NCBI GenBank assembly: GCA_002427475.1
Contig: DIRG01000053.1
Location: 1 to 50,730 of the forward strand
Length of the DNA: 50,730 nucleotides
Origin: Mageeibacillus sp. UBA5442
GTDB taxonomy: Bacteria; Bacillota; Clostridia; Saccharofermentanales; DTU023
Direction of reading: 5' to 3'
Shown: piece after piece, positions 1 through 10,004 of the stretch
How the letters are laid out: each line of letters starts with the position of its first letter
Position numbering within the stretch: the first letter of the stretch is position 1
Translations under genes and position numbers: made by a program
Notes under the pieces: generated by a model
Databases searched by the model: none
Told to the model about the DNA's origin: nothing
What the model saw: the letters and a program-made list of their open reading frames with translations, nothing else

Positions 1-666
1 GGCATTATGGGTCCTACCGGTTCCGGCAAAAGCACGATCATTCGCCTACTTCTGCGCCAATACGATGTCAGATCGGGCGAAATTTTGGTGCGCGGAGTCA
101 ACATCAAGAACCTGCACAGAGAAGACCTGCACAGTTTATTCGGCAGCGTATTCCAGAACGATTTCCTCCACAGCGGCACTGTCCGAGAAAATATTACTTT
201 CGGCAGAGATTTTTCTGATGAAGAAATTCTGAAGGCAAGTGAATATGCTCAGGCTTTCGATTTTCTTGACAAAAAAGAAGGGGGTCTCGACTTCATGCTG
301 GCTTCAAAAGCGGTCAACTTGTCTGGTGGTCAAAAACAGCGCCTCCTGATCAGCAGAGCTCTGCTCGGAGATTCAGCAATTCTCCTGCTTGACGACTCTT
401 CCAGTGCCTTGGATTTCCGGACTGAAGCAAACTTGCGTCGCGCCATACGAGAAAACTTCGCCGATGCCACTTCGATTGTGATCACTCAGCGAGTAAGTTC
501 TGTGCGCACAGCTGAGGAAATCCTCTTCCTTGATCAGGGCAAAATCTTAGCTCAGGGCACGCACGAGGAATTGCTGCGAACATGCAGACCGTATCGTGAA
601 ATCGCGAACATGCAGACACGTGAAGGCCAAGATTCGGATGATTATGATCTTGCTTATGAATATTAA
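1..666 (+). CDS. ABC transporter ATP-binding domain (3' part of a fused permease/ATPase gene; 5' end lies outside the window)
   Basis: The reading frame is open from position 1. It carries Walker A GPTGSGKST, signature LSGGQKQR and Walker B LLLDDSSSALD. The second half-transporter gene starts 12 nt after its stop. Confidence 0.85.
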   Translation, partial: GIMGPTGSGKSTIIRLLLRQYDVRSGEILVRGVNIKNLHREDLHSLFGSVFQNDFLHSGTVRENITFGRDFSDEEILKASEYAQAFDFLDKKEGGLDFMLASKAVNLSGGQKQRLLISRALLGDSAILLLDDSSSALDFRTEANLRRAIRENFADATSIVITQRVSSVRTAEEILFLDQGKILAQGTHEELLRTCRPYREIANMQTREGQDSDDYDLAYEY

Positions 667-678
667 AGAGGTTGATAA

Positions 679-2457
679 ATGGCAATGCTAACGGAAAGAG
701 ATAAAGATCAAGTCCAAGCGAGAAATTATCGCGCAATTTTCCGCAGACTTTTATCATATATGAGATCTGAAGCGTGGCGCTTCTTGCTGGGCATGATCCT
801 TGTGATTGCGGCGAACGTGGTAGCACTATGGGGACCTCGCTTTGCCGGTCAGGCTATTGACGCGATGGGCGTCGCGGTCGGTCAAACAGATTTCTCTCTA
901 GCCATCACGCGAGCATTGCTAATGCTAGTAGCTTACGCGAGTTCAGCCTTGCTCAATTTCTTCATGGTCAGACTGGTGGTACGTGCCGCTCAAAATGTAG
1001 TTGAACGTATGCGTCAAGATACTTTCGACAAGATTGTCGAATTGCCGATCTCTTATATTGATACGCACCAAGCCGGAGACTTGGTCTCTCGCATTTCCTA
1101 CGATCTCGATCTGGTCAGCCAGTCGATGACGCATGATTTCGTGCAAGTGGCTGCCAGTAGCATTACCGTGCTCGGCTCCCTCATCATGATGATGCAGATA
1201 TCCCTGACCCTCTCAGTTGTCTTCCTGCTTATCTTACCCGCAACTGTAATCTTCACAATCTATCGTGTTAAAAAGACCCGTCCCCTCTTCCGGATCCGCT
1301 CGAGGAAATTGGGCGAGATGAACGCCTATGTTGAAGAGATTCTCTTTGGTCAAAAAACCATCCGAGCTTACGACAAGGAAGATTATTTTGCTGATCAATT
1401 CGGCGAGGTAAACAATGAGAGTATTGGAGCCTACTTCAAGGCTGACTATCAAGCAGCTTTGAACGGACCTTCCATCTCCCTGATCTCAAACCTCTCACTG
1501 GCACTGGTATCACTCTTCGGCTCTCTCTTGTTTTTACAGGGACGCTTCAGCATCGGTAATTTTTCCTCGTTCATTCTCTATTCGCGCCGTTTCTCCGGCC
1601 CGATCAATGAGATTGCCAATATTTTTGCAGATTTGCAGTCTTCATTATCTGCTGCTAATCGTGTTTTTTCTCTCTTGGAACAAGATTCCGAACCCGCTGA
1701 TAAAGAAGACGCGCACGTCCTGACTGACGCCCGCGGCGAAGTAGAATTCGCCAATGTCTCTTTCTCCTACGTCGAGGATGTGCCAGTAATTCAAGACTTC
1801 TCTTTCGTTGCTGAGCCCGGCAGCTTAGTTGCTATCGTTGGGCCGACCGGAGCAGGCAAAACTACACTTATTAATCTCTTGATGCGCTTTTATGATCCGC
1901 AGGAAGGCGAGATCCGCATTGATTCTTATCCCATTAAGGATTTGAGCCGCAAGAGTTTACGGCGCTCTTTTGCTATGGTTCTGCAGGATACATGGCTTTT
2001 CAGGGGCACGATTCGGGAAAATATTGCCTATGGGCGTCCTGAAGCTAGCCTTGAAGAAGTTATACAAGCAGCAGAAGCTGCGCATATCCACGACTTTATT
2101 GAGTCTCAGCCTTTGGGCTACGACACGATGCTCAGCGACGAAGCATCTAACTTGTCGCAGGGTCAAAAGCAGCTGCTCACTATTGCTCGCGCTATGCTTC
2201 TGGACACACCAATGCTGATTTTAGACGAGGCGACTTCTAACGTTGACAGCCACACAGAAATCATCGTTCAAGATGCAATGAACAATCTTATCTCAGGACG
2301 TACGTCTTTCGTAATTGCGCACCGCCTCTCGACTATACAAAACGCTGATCATATTCTGCTTTTAGTCGATGGAGAGATTGCCGAAGAAGGCACGCATTAT
2401 GACTTGCTCAATAAAGAGGGCGCCTACTACGACTTGTATCAGTCGCAATTTGCCTAA
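679..2457 (+). CDS. ABC exporter permease/ATP-binding protein (half-transporter, heterodimer partner of the upstream gene)
   Basis: 592 aa. An N-terminal multi-TM exporter domain is followed by Walker A GPTGAGKTT, signature LSQGQKQ, Walker B LILDEATS and an AHRLST H-loop. Confidence 0.9.
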   Translation: MAMLTERDKDQVQARNYRAIFRRLLSYMRSEAWRFLLGMILVIAANVVALWGPRFAGQAIDAMGVAVGQTDFSLAITRALLMLVAYASSALLNFFMVRLVVRAAQNVVERMRQDTFDKIVELPISYIDTHQAGDLVSRISYDLDLVSQSMTHDFVQVAASSITVLGSLIMMMQISLTLSVVFLLILPATVIFTIYRVKKTRPLFRIRSRKLGEMNAYVEEILFGQKTIRAYDKEDYFADQFGEVNNESIGAYFKADYQAALNGPSISLISNLSLALVSLFGSLLFLQGRFSIGNFSSFILYSRRFSGPINEIANIFADLQSSLSAANRVFSLLEQDSEPADKEDAHVLTDARGEVEFANVSFSYVEDVPVIQDFSFVAEPGSLVAIVGPTGAGKTTLINLLMRFYDPQEGEIRIDSYPIKDLSRKSLRRSFAMVLQDTWLFRGTIRENIAYGRPEASLEEVIQAAEAAHIHDFIESQPLGYDTMLSDEASNLSQGQKQLLTIARAMLLDTPMLILDEATSNVDSHTEIIVQDAMNNLISGRTSFVIAHRLSTIQNADHILLLVDGEIAEEGTHYDLLNKEGAYYDLYQSQFA

Positions 2458-2539
2458 TCAATATTACTTTCTCCCACCACCGGGACGCTGTTTGGATGGC
2501 CGAAAGGTCCAGCGTCCCGGGGATACTCCTCATATTGCA

Positions 2540-2592
2540 AAAGGGGCCTAGCTGCTAAAAACAGCTGGCCCCTTTACTTCTTTTGTATTTTT
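2540..2592. terminator. Bidirectional rho-independent terminator between convergent genes
   Basis: GGGGCC(T)AGCTG at 2543-2554 pairs with CAGCTGGCCCC at 2562-2572. A T-rich run (TTTACTTCTTTTGTATTTTTT) follows. The A-run just upstream supplies a U-tract for the minus-strand transcript. Confidence 0.7.
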
Positions 2593-2628
2593 TGCAGAAG
2601 ATCTATCCTCTTTAGCAAAACACAGACT

Positions 2629-4179
2629 TTAATTGTTGATCACTTCGACCGAGATCAGCCCCAAGAGTGGTTTCTTTAGCTCTTGTGATATTTCCAAAGA
2701 ACGCAACAAGCTCTGCATCTCTGTCTCTCGTGGACGCACCATAATTATGGCCGCATCTGTCGCTCTCAGCGCATCAATTACTGCAACTTCGCTCATCGAG
2801 TCTGCGAGAGAGATCAGTTCGAAACTCTTACCCCCGTTTAACTCAGCTGCCTGATTGATAGCAGCCAAGGCAGTCTGCACGGCAGCATCCTCAGTCGAAA
2901 GAGCTGCGATCTTATAGACAGAAGCATCTGAGTCTTCCCTGTTTTCACTGACGCCAGAGATGACTGAGGCAGCATATTCTGCGCTCACTTCTGTCGCTTC
3001 TGCATCCCGTAGTTTGGCTCCCAGATAGCGACGCTCAATCCAGCGATCAATCGCCGAAGCGAAACGTTGTTTCTCCTTTGATTCCTCAGCAGAAACAAAG
3101 ATTTCATTAATGTACAGCAGGCCGATGCTGCGAGCGAGATCCGCAGGATGCAGCAATTTGCCGGCAGATGCGCCGCGATAGAAATTCCACATCACAGCAA
3201 TCATAATACCTACGAGCAGGCCACCGATGGTGTACAAGGGCACGCTGGCGCTCTTAGCCAGCTCTTCCTCTACTTCTTCTTGTTCTGCCTCTGCCTGTGC
3301 CTTAATCTTCTCTTCTAATGCCAATTCAAGCTCGAGTTCGAGTTCTGTTTCTAAATCTTCTTCAATATATTTATCTAAGGTGTCAATTGTACTTTGTAAT
3401 TCAACATCGAGTTCTTCGATCTGGCTTTCGACCCTTTGTCTTTCTCGGCTGATGGACGGGTTTTTAACAGTTCGAAAGTTCTCATCAACAACATTTAGTG
3501 TATGAGGATAGGAAAAGCTGATCTGGTTCTCTGCCTCGAGAAAGATATACTCCTGAGCGGCAGTGCTCAGTTTACGCACGAAACCTTGGTCGGGACCGGT
3601 AAATTCAAATTCAATGCTACCGTCTGCCGCAAGGTTTACCTCTACTAGCTCTCGCAAATTGTCACCTGTGACTGATGAAAAAATCTCTCTCCCTAAATGG
3701 GTGTAAAAGGCATTACTGCGCATTGATCGTAGATAATCGAGGCTTAAAAGCAGGTGTCTTTGTTCTATAATTTCATCATTTTCGTTAGTGATATTATTCA
3801 TCACTATCTCTAGACTGAAAGTCCCCAGAGGCTGAGAGTCCGGATCCAAGGATAGATAGACACTATTACTCAGATGTTCGCTCATGATGCCAATATTTTC
3901 TCTCAGGAAGGCTATGCGCTTGTTATGGCGAATTACAGTAGTATCGTCAGCAATCAACTTTTCGCGAATAGCAGCGATTTCTTCATCTGTCAGTTCCACC
4001 TCTGCTTCTTCAATTGATTCGGTGCTGACGACAGGCACTTCCTGTTCTCGATTGCGGTAAAGAGCCACTCCGGCTAAGAGAATTGCACCAATCAGAGCAA
4101 ATAAAACTATCTTGCGCCAACCCTTCAATGCAAAATAGATGAAATCCTTTAAATAATATGCTTCGTAGTCTTTTTCCAT
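2629..4179 (-). CDS. Wzz/PCP-like two-TM membrane protein with coiled-coil ectodomain and a degenerate BY-kinase-like cytoplasmic tail
   Basis: The track ORF starts at a TTG (4269) that has no RBS. The ATG at 4179 is preceded by GAGGT at 5-nt spacing. TM1 is IVLFALIGAILLAGVALY. A long acidic coiled-coil segment (ELELELELALEE...) follows, then TM2 (LYTIGGLLVGIMIAVMW). The C-terminal about 170 aa ends LLGLISVEV, as chain-length-regulator kinases do, but it has no P-loop. Confidence 0.55.
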   Translation of the reverse strand: MEKDYEAYYLKDFIYFALKGWRKIVLFALIGAILLAGVALYRNREQEVPVVSTESIEEAEVELTDEEIAAIREKLIADDTTVIRHNKRIAFLRENIGIMSEHLSNSVYLSLDPDSQPLGTFSLEIVMNNITNENDEIIEQRHLLLSLDYLRSMRSNAFYTHLGREIFSSVTGDNLRELVEVNLAADGSIEFEFTGPDQGFVRKLSTAAQEYIFLEAENQISFSYPHTLNVVDENFRTVKNPSISRERQRVESQIEELDVELQSTIDTLDKYIEEDLETELELELELALEEKIKAQAEAEQEEVEEELAKSASVPLYTIGGLLVGIMIAVMWNFYRGASAGKLLHPADLARSIGLLYINEIFVSAEESKEKQRFASAIDRWIERRYLGAKLRDAEATEVSAEYAASVISGVSENREDSDASVYKIAALSTEDAAVQTALAAINQAAELNGGKSFELISLADSMSEVAVIDALRATDAAIIMVRPRETEMQSLLRSLEISQELKKPLLGLISVEVINN

Positions 4180-4438
4180 ATCTACCTCATATCCTGTCCC
4201 CACCCCTGCAGGAACGTAAATTTGTCTAGCAAAAGTCAAGCCTTCATGGCTAACTGATTCAATTGGCAACCTGCTAAAATCTTAACCACTAAACTGGCCT
4301 TTTGCAAGCTTAGCATAAGCAAGGAAATGGTCACATTTAGATATTTTCCCAAGTTGAAATCTGCTATTTTAAATTATAGTAAGAGCTTTCTCTAGCAAGC
4401 GTAAGCAGATCTACTACGATCAGGAAAGGACGTATCAC

Positions 4439-5020
4439 ATGAACTTTGACAATACGCAATGGCTAATAGAAGGAGAATATAGACTGATGGAAGATGGTAT
4501 CGGACTCCGTTCCTTGCCGGAATCAGACTATTTCGTCAACCCGCTGGACGGTAAAGTTAAGAGCGATGCCGTTTTCCGTTATCGCGAAGTCGAAGGAGAC
4601 TTCATCTTCAAAGCCCGTGTCAGCTGCTACTTTGATCAAGACTTCGACGCACCCATACTCATGGCCTATGACAATGAAAAGCTTTGGACCAAGGTCTGTT
4701 TTGAGCAAACGGATCAAGGAACTCCGGCCATAGTATCTGTCGTCACGAGAGATCGCTCCGATGATGCCATCGGCGAGTATATCAACAGAGAAGAAGTGTG
4801 GCTATTATTGGCCCGCCAAGGCGATACCTTCTCCGCACATTACTCACTGGATGGCGACAAATATTTTATGGTGCGCCTCGCTTGGCTGCCCATGCCTAAG
4901 AAAATCAAAGTAGGTTTTGGTGTACAATCACCTACGGGTGGCGGTGTCAGGGCATATTTCAGAAATATGAGTTTAAAGGAACGCACACCGTCAGATATTA
5001 GAGACGCTAACAAGGATTAA
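4439..5020 (+). CDS. DUF1349-like (concanavalin A-like lectin/glucanase fold) protein
   Basis: 193 aa. The pattern GDF..K..V...FDQDFDA.ILM....KLWTKVCFE......IVSVVT..RSDD matches my memory of the DUF1349 family signature. Confidence 0.55.
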   Translation: MNFDNTQWLIEGEYRLMEDGIGLRSLPESDYFVNPLDGKVKSDAVFRYREVEGDFIFKARVSCYFDQDFDAPILMAYDNEKLWTKVCFEQTDQGTPAIVSVVTRDRSDDAIGEYINREEVWLLLARQGDTFSAHYSLDGDKYFMVRLAWLPMPKKIKVGFGVQSPTGGGVRAYFRNMSLKERTPSDIRDANKD

Positions 5021-5039
5021 AGAAATTAGAGGGATTTGA

Positions 5040-5567
5040 GTGCAAGATTTACTTTTAGTCGTGGACATGCAAAATGATTTTATCAGCGGTAGCCTTGGGA
5101 GTAAGGAAGCTGAGGCTATTCTGCCTCGCGTGCGTGAACTGATCGACAGCTATCCGGCAGACAAGGTCTATTTCACACGCGATACTCACCAGGAGGACTA
5201 TCTCGAAACGCAGGAAGGCCATAAACTTCCGATTGCACACTGTTTGGAAGGTAGCGAGGGTTGGCAGATAGAAGAGTCTTTAGAAAAAAGACGGCAAACC
5301 GCAATTATTGATAAACCTGCTTTCGGTTCTGTAGAACTGGCACGCCTCTTGGCTGAGCTAAATCAAGAAGAAGTCATTCGCAGTTTGCGCTTTGTCGGTC
5401 TTTGCACCGATATCTGTATTATTTCCAATGCACTGATCGCTAAGGCTGTCCTGCCCGAGGCTGAAATTATCGTGGACGCTTCTGCTTGTGCAGGCGTTAC
5501 TCCGGAGCAGCATCAAACCGCCTTGGATGCCATGAAGGTCTGCCAGATTACAATCGAAAACGAGTAA
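5040..5567 (+). CDS. Isochorismatase-family cysteine hydrolase (nicotinamidase/pyrazinamidase-like)
   Basis: A GTG start is preceded by AGAGGGA. LLVVDMQNDF sits at the N-terminus and the catalytic Cys context is VGLCTDICI. Confidence 0.8.
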   Translation: MQDLLLVVDMQNDFISGSLGSKEAEAILPRVRELIDSYPADKVYFTRDTHQEDYLETQEGHKLPIAHCLEGSEGWQIEESLEKRRQTAIIDKPAFGSVELARLLAELNQEEVIRSLRFVGLCTDICIISNALIAKAVLPEAEIIVDASACAGVTPEQHQTALDAMKVCQITIENE

Positions 5568-5600
5568 CGTTGGCCAAGCATCACCCCAAACCAACGTTAC
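5564..5600. terminator. Hairpin terminator between convergent genes
   Basis: A perfect 10-bp stem (GTAACGTTGG at 5564-5573, CCAACGTTAC at 5591-5600) has a 17-nt loop. T-rich sequence lies downstream on the plus strand and TCGTTTTCG on the minus strand. The stem includes the TAA stop of the upstream gene. Confidence 0.55.
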
Positions 5601-5624
5601 TCGTACTTTACTTAGTATTTCTTT

Positions 5625-6017
5625 TTACTCGCTTAGAGCATTAAATACGGCTGCCTTGATCACCTCGCTGGAGTGTGTAGCGCCGCTTACTGCGTCAACA
5701 GAGAGGCTGTTTTCCCGCACCATCTCTTCTGTGATAGTTTCCGCAGCTTTGCCTCTTCCCTGTCGGTGCGAGATGATTTCGATGGCTTTGATCTCATAAT
5801 CACGGAGAATAACTTTAACTTTTACTTTGATCAAGCCGGCAGATTCTTCGCCGTAGTATTCTCCTGGTGCAATAGTCGCAAGGTCCAAGGAATCATAATC
5901 GTTCTCACTGAGTTCGTTACTGCGTACGCTCGTCAAAGTGAAAGCTACAATAATCAGTAGAACTAGCAGAAAGGCAAACAGCGCTGCCGACAATATCATG
6001 TACTTTCTGCTCTCCAA
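5625..6017 (-). CDS. Membrane-anchored FMN-binding domain protein
   Basis: An N-terminal TM helix is followed by a C-terminal VDAVSGATHSSEVIKAAV motif (FMN_bind type, the threonine-flavinylation context). The TTG start has a strong GGAGG 7 nt upstream; an alternative ATG lies at 5999. The gene starts 36 nt after the end of the nucleoside hydrolase gene, on the same strand. Confidence 0.65.
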   Translation of the reverse strand: MESRKYMILSAALFAFLLVLLIIVAFTLTSVRSNELSENDYDSLDLATIAPGEYYGEESAGLIKVKVKVILRDYEIKAIEIISHRQGRGKAAETITEEMVRENSLSVDAVSGATHSSEVIKAAVFNALSE

Positions 6018-6052
6018 TTATTTCCCTCCGAGCAATCTTTTGTAGGCTCCTT

Positions 6053-6979
6053 CTAATAGCGGCCAATTATCTCCAGAAAACGTTCAAAAAAGCGGTCGCG
6101 ATCCACAGCCAAGACGACATCTACAGTACGATCCTGGAAGTGAAAATCACTATATACATCCGAGACCGTCTTGCCGCGCGTCAACTTACCCTTGGTCTCT
6201 ATCTTCACACCGGCTTTCTCTGAGTAAAAAAGCTCCGGATAGACCAGATAAAGGAAGGTGCAAGGATCGTGCATGGCTACAAAGTCGAGACCAAACAGCT
6301 TTTCCGCCCAAGTAAGGGTCTGTTGCATAGATTTGGCTAGGAAAGCTCCTTGCTCATTCACGTTCCCCAATTGCTCAATATCTTGGGCTTTTAAAGATGC
6401 CTGCATAGTAACGTCTAGTCCTAGCATTGCTATATCCAAATCTGAAGAGAAAACAATATCCGCTGCTTCCGGGTCAAAGTAGATATTAAATTCGGCTGAA
6501 GGGGTCGTATTGCCATAGGAAACGGCTCCACCCATCAGGACAACGCGCTTGATCTTTTGCTTGAGATCGGCATATTTAAGTAAAGCAATAGCTAGATTTG
6601 TCAGAGGTCCGATCATCACGAAAGTCAAGTCTTCATAGTCGGACGCAGCTTGGTAGATGGCATCCCAGGCCGGCAAATCTTCATGCTGAGCGTTAGAAGG
6701 CGTCAGCGTCTGCCCTCCCAAGCCATTCTCGCCATGAATTTCCCGTGCAAAATAAGGTTCTGCCAGAAGTGGTTGCTCTGCCCCTTTATACACCGGCACA
6801 TCGAGACCGGCATAGGTGATCAGGTTGCGTGCATTCTCATAGGTATATTTAAGCTCTACGTTACCTGCGCAGGCGGAAACGCCAACAATTTCAATTTCTG
6901 GCATTTTCGCCGCTAGTAAAATTGCGGCTGCGTCATCTATGCCCGGGTCGGCATCGAGCCATACTTTCATCGTTGTCAT
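6053..6979 (-). CDS. Inosine/uridine-preferring nucleoside hydrolase family protein
   Basis: The N-terminal DADPGIDDA aspartate cluster is typical of IUNH enzymes. 308 aa. ATGA start/stop overlap with the upstream paralog. Confidence 0.9.
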   Translation of the reverse strand: MTTMKVWLDADPGIDDAAAILLAAKMPEIEIVGVSACAGNVELKYTYENARNLITYAGLDVPVYKGAEQPLLAEPYFAREIHGENGLGGQTLTPSNAQHEDLPAWDAIYQAASDYEDLTFVMIGPLTNLAIALLKYADLKQKIKRVVLMGGAVSYGNTTPSAEFNIYFDPEAADIVFSSDLDIAMLGLDVTMQASLKAQDIEQLGNVNEQGAFLAKSMQQTLTWAEKLFGLDFVAMHDPCTFLYLVYPELFYSEKAGVKIETKGKLTRGKTVSDVYSDFHFQDRTVDVVLAVDRDRFFERFLEIIGRY

Positions 6980-7923
6980 TGTTCCACCTCCCCATAAGAT
7001 TCCAGTGCTGAGCAGATCAGATCGACGAAATTCTCTCGTTCGATGTCGAACACAAGATCAACATTTGCTTCTTGACCCCACACACCGTAACGATCCACTA
7101 CCGTCTCGCCTCTACAATAGTCACCCGTCAACTCCACGTCGACAAAGCAGGTTTTCTTTGTCAGAATCTCAGGATTAGTTAGAGCGATTACGGCCACGGC
7201 GTCGTGCACCGGAGCTCCCGGATAGCCTTTTTCTTTATGAAAAAGGTAGAAGAAATCTAGCCATTCGGCAACAATCTGTGCGACAGGATTCTTAATCTGT
7301 CGCATCCGTTCGATGTCCTCAGGCTGAACCAAAGCCTTCTCCGTCACATCCAGGCCGCACATGGTTAGAGGCAAACCTGCGTGGAAGACTACGTGAGCGG
7401 CTTCCGGATCGACCAGAATATTAAATTCTGCCGCCGGCGTCCAATTGCCATAGGCAGCTCCGCCCCCCATAAAACAAATCCGGGCAATCTTCTCTTTCAG
7501 CTCAGGATAAGTTAACAGAAGTGTCGCCACATTCGTCAACGGTCCGGTCGGAACGATCGTGATTGGCTCCTCGGCTTCACGTAGCAATTGCGCCATCAAG
7601 TCAACGGCACCCAGCTCATGTAATTCAATTTCGGGATCAGGTAGAGCGGGACCGTCCAGTCCTGATTCTCCGTGCACGGAGGGCGCATCAATGTGTTCCG
7701 TGAATAAAGGTTTAGCAGCACCTTGGGCGATTACAACCTCTTGACCCAGCATAGTCCAGATCTTTCTGCTGTTTAAAGTTGTTTTATCCAGAGTGACGTT
7801 TCCTGCGACTGTAGTAACAGCAAGAATGTCCAATAATGGCGACGACGCCGCCAAAGTCCAAGCAATGGCGTCGTCGTGACCAGGATCTCCGTCCAGAATG
7901 ACGGGGATTTTCTTTTCTAACAT
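6976..7923 (-). CDS. Inosine/uridine-preferring nucleoside hydrolase family protein (second paralog)
   Basis: It carries the DGDPGHDDA motif. I prefer the ATG at 7923 (GGGAG 5 nt upstream, 2 nt after the permease stop) over the TTG at 7935 used by the ORF track. Confidence 0.9.
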   Translation of the reverse strand: MLEKKIPVILDGDPGHDDAIAWTLAASSPLLDILAVTTVAGNVTLDKTTLNSRKIWTMLGQEVVIAQGAAKPLFTEHIDAPSVHGESGLDGPALPDPEIELHELGAVDLMAQLLREAEEPITIVPTGPLTNVATLLLTYPELKEKIARICFMGGGAAYGNWTPAAEFNILVDPEAAHVVFHAGLPLTMCGLDVTEKALVQPEDIERMRQIKNPVAQIVAEWLDFFYLFHKEKGYPGAPVHDAVAVIALTNPEILTKKTCFVDVELTGDYCRGETVVDRYGVWGQEANVDLVFDIERENFVDLICSALESYGEVEQ

Positions 7924-7925
7924 AT

Positions 7926-8882
7926 TTACTCCCAATCAGATGTGCTGATCATCCTCCGACGGCGCTCAGCTTTGCGCTTGGAGCTCCAGACGAAGAGGAC
8001 CAGACCAACGATAGTAACAAGATATGGAATCGCCGCTACCAAGAAAGACGAGACTCCTTGAATACCGGATACTCGGCTTTCTAAAGCTTGAGCAAATCCA
8101 AAAATCAGTGAACTGAACATGGCTCCAACCGGCTGACCACGTCCCATCGCTTCGGCCGCTAGCGCGATGAAACCGCGACCTGCGACCATGCCGGTGTTCC
8201 AGCTTTGCGAATAGTACATGGACATAAAGGCTCCGCCAAGACCCGCCAGAGCACCTGACAAGATCAGCGCTATGTACTGAACGCGCTTAACAGAAATCCC
8301 GACAGAACGAGCAGCGTCACTGTTCTCGCCCACAGCTCTAATATTCAAGCCGATGGACGTGCGATTAAGCATAAAGCGCACGACAAAGACCAGAATAAAG
8401 GCTAGGTACGTCAGAACCGCATGGCCGGAGAAGATCGGGCCAAGAATCGGTATGTCCTTTAAGAGGGGGATGTTTACTGTGGGGATAAGAATATTGGGCG
8501 AGCTCAATGAACTCGTGTTGCCCCTTAAACCCGTAAACATATATAGCAGGAAGATCGTGCCTCCGTCCCCCAACATATTGACGGCGATACCGGTCAGGAT
8601 AATATCTGTGCGCAGGCGCAAGGCGAAAAATCCCATCATCAGTCCAATCAGCATACCTACGATCACTGCGCCTAAGACACCTACTATCCAGCTCTGTGTC
8701 CAGTAGCTGATCAGGGTGCCGAAGAGGGCTGAAATCATCATAATGCCGTCTAAACCGATATTGGTGACGCCGGCCTTTTGTGCTATTACCGCTCCTAAAG
8801 CTGCAAAGAGAATGGGGGCAGTGATCCGAAAGATCGCAAAAACAAAGTCAGTTGTTAATACTGTGCTTAAAAAACCGGACAT
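7926..8882 (-). CDS. ABC transporter permease (BMP/nucleoside-type, NupQ/YufQ-like)
   Basis: 318 aa polytopic membrane protein, contiguous with the second permease and the double ATPase. Confidence 0.85.
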   Translation of the reverse strand: MSGFLSTVLTTDFVFAIFRITAPILFAALGAVIAQKAGVTNIGLDGIMMISALFGTLISYWTQSWIVGVLGAVIVGMLIGLMMGFFALRLRTDIILTGIAVNMLGDGGTIFLLYMFTGLRGNTSSLSSPNILIPTVNIPLLKDIPILGPIFSGHAVLTYLAFILVFVVRFMLNRTSIGLNIRAVGENSDAARSVGISVKRVQYIALILSGALAGLGGAFMSMYYSQSWNTGMVAGRGFIALAAEAMGRGQPVGAMFSSLIFGFAQALESRVSGIQGVSSFLVAAIPYLVTIVGLVLFVWSSKRKAERRRRMISTSDWE

Positions 8883-10004
8883 TTATTTACCCTCCTGTAC
8901 TGTTTCAGCTTCCAAGGCAGCCAGCTCATCTCTGGTGTTCTTAACCACCAGTTTCTGGCGTGCGCCGGCCAAGAACTGCTCAGCCGCGAAGAAGAGGAAA
9001 ATTGAAGCTTGGATGATCGAAATCATTTCCGAAGGTACGTCACTGTGTGTTGACATCAACTGACAGCCCCGGTTCAGATAGGCCAGGAAAAATGCCGCGA
9101 AAGGTACAAAGGCGGGATTATTTCTGGCCAAAATCGCTATCGTGATTCCGGTCCAGCCGAAGCCGGGTAACTCTTTCCATAAGAAGGTATTGTAGCGACC
9201 CAGAACTTCAATTGCGCCTCCCATCCCGGAGAGGAAACCGCCGATGAACTGCGCCAAAACCAAAGTGGACATCACGTTCATGCCGGAGTACTTAGCGAAG
9301 TTTGGGTTGATACCGATCATGCGTACCTGATAACCCCAGCGGGTACGGTACATAAAGATGGCAATGATCACCACGAAGACCAAGCCCACAATAAAGCCGT
9401 AGGTTAAGCGGGAGCCGCCTGAAACCATCTGCGGGATCTTAGCAGTTTCCAGAAAGGGAAAAGTCTGCGTAGCACCCTTGGAGCGGTCTGCGAAAACGTT
9501 GTTTAAAAAATGCATAATCACATAGAGGACAACGTAGTTCAGCATCAGAGATGAGACCATTTCACTGGCTCCAACCCGAACCCGGAGTAAAGCGGGAATC
9601 AGAGTGATCAAACCACCTATCAAAGCTCCCAGCAGCACACTGACAACTGGGTGAATTCCTGCAGGCATCGGTACATAGATACCAATCAATGCACCAACGA
9701 AACCGCCGGCCAAAACGGCACCTTCTCCACCGAGGTTAAACATATCAGCTGAGAACATAACACAAACACCAAGGCCGGTGAACATTGTCGGTATCATCAA
9801 AGCCAGAATCTGGTACAGGGACTGCGGATTAAAATTGGCGCTGTCACCATGGAAGGAAACCAGGGGCGCAACCAAGAGTTGTTTTAGAGCTTCAAAAGGC
9901 TCGTCCGAGGCCAAGAAAATAAAGATTGCTGCCACTGCCAATGCTAGCAAAATAGCTGCTAGGCCCCGCAAGATATTAAATGCGAGCATTCTTCGTTTAT
10001 ACAT
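8883..10004 (-). CDS. ABC transporter permease (BMP/nucleoside-type, NupP/YufP-like)
   Basis: 373 aa polytopic membrane protein with an 8-nt overlap with the ATPase gene. Confidence 0.85.
   Translation of the reverse strand: MYKRRMLAFNILRGLAAILLALAVAAIFIFLASDEPFEALKQLLVAPLVSFHGDSANFNPQSLYQILALMIPTMFTGLGVCVMFSADMFNLGGEGAVLAGGFVGALIGIYVPMPAGIHPVVSVLLGALIGGLITLIPALLRVRVGASEMVSSLMLNYVVLYVIMHFLNNVFADRSKGATQTFPFLETAKIPQMVSGGSRLTYGFIVGLVFVVIIAIFMYRTRWGYQVRMIGINPNFAKYSGMNVMSTLVLAQFIGGFLSGMGGAIEVLGRYNTFLWKELPGFGWTGITIAILARNNPAFVPFAAFFLAYLNRGCQLMSTHSDVPSEMISIIQASIFLFFAAEQFLAGARQKLVVKNTRDELAALEAETVQEGK

Noticed and set aside
2480-2520. Perfect 11-bp stem (CCGGGACGCTG...CAGCGTCCCGG) right after the ABC exporter stop
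   Set aside because: It has no U-tract on either strand. The adjacent hairpin at 2543-2572 is the credible terminator. This one may just add 3'-end stability, so I did not call it a separate feature.
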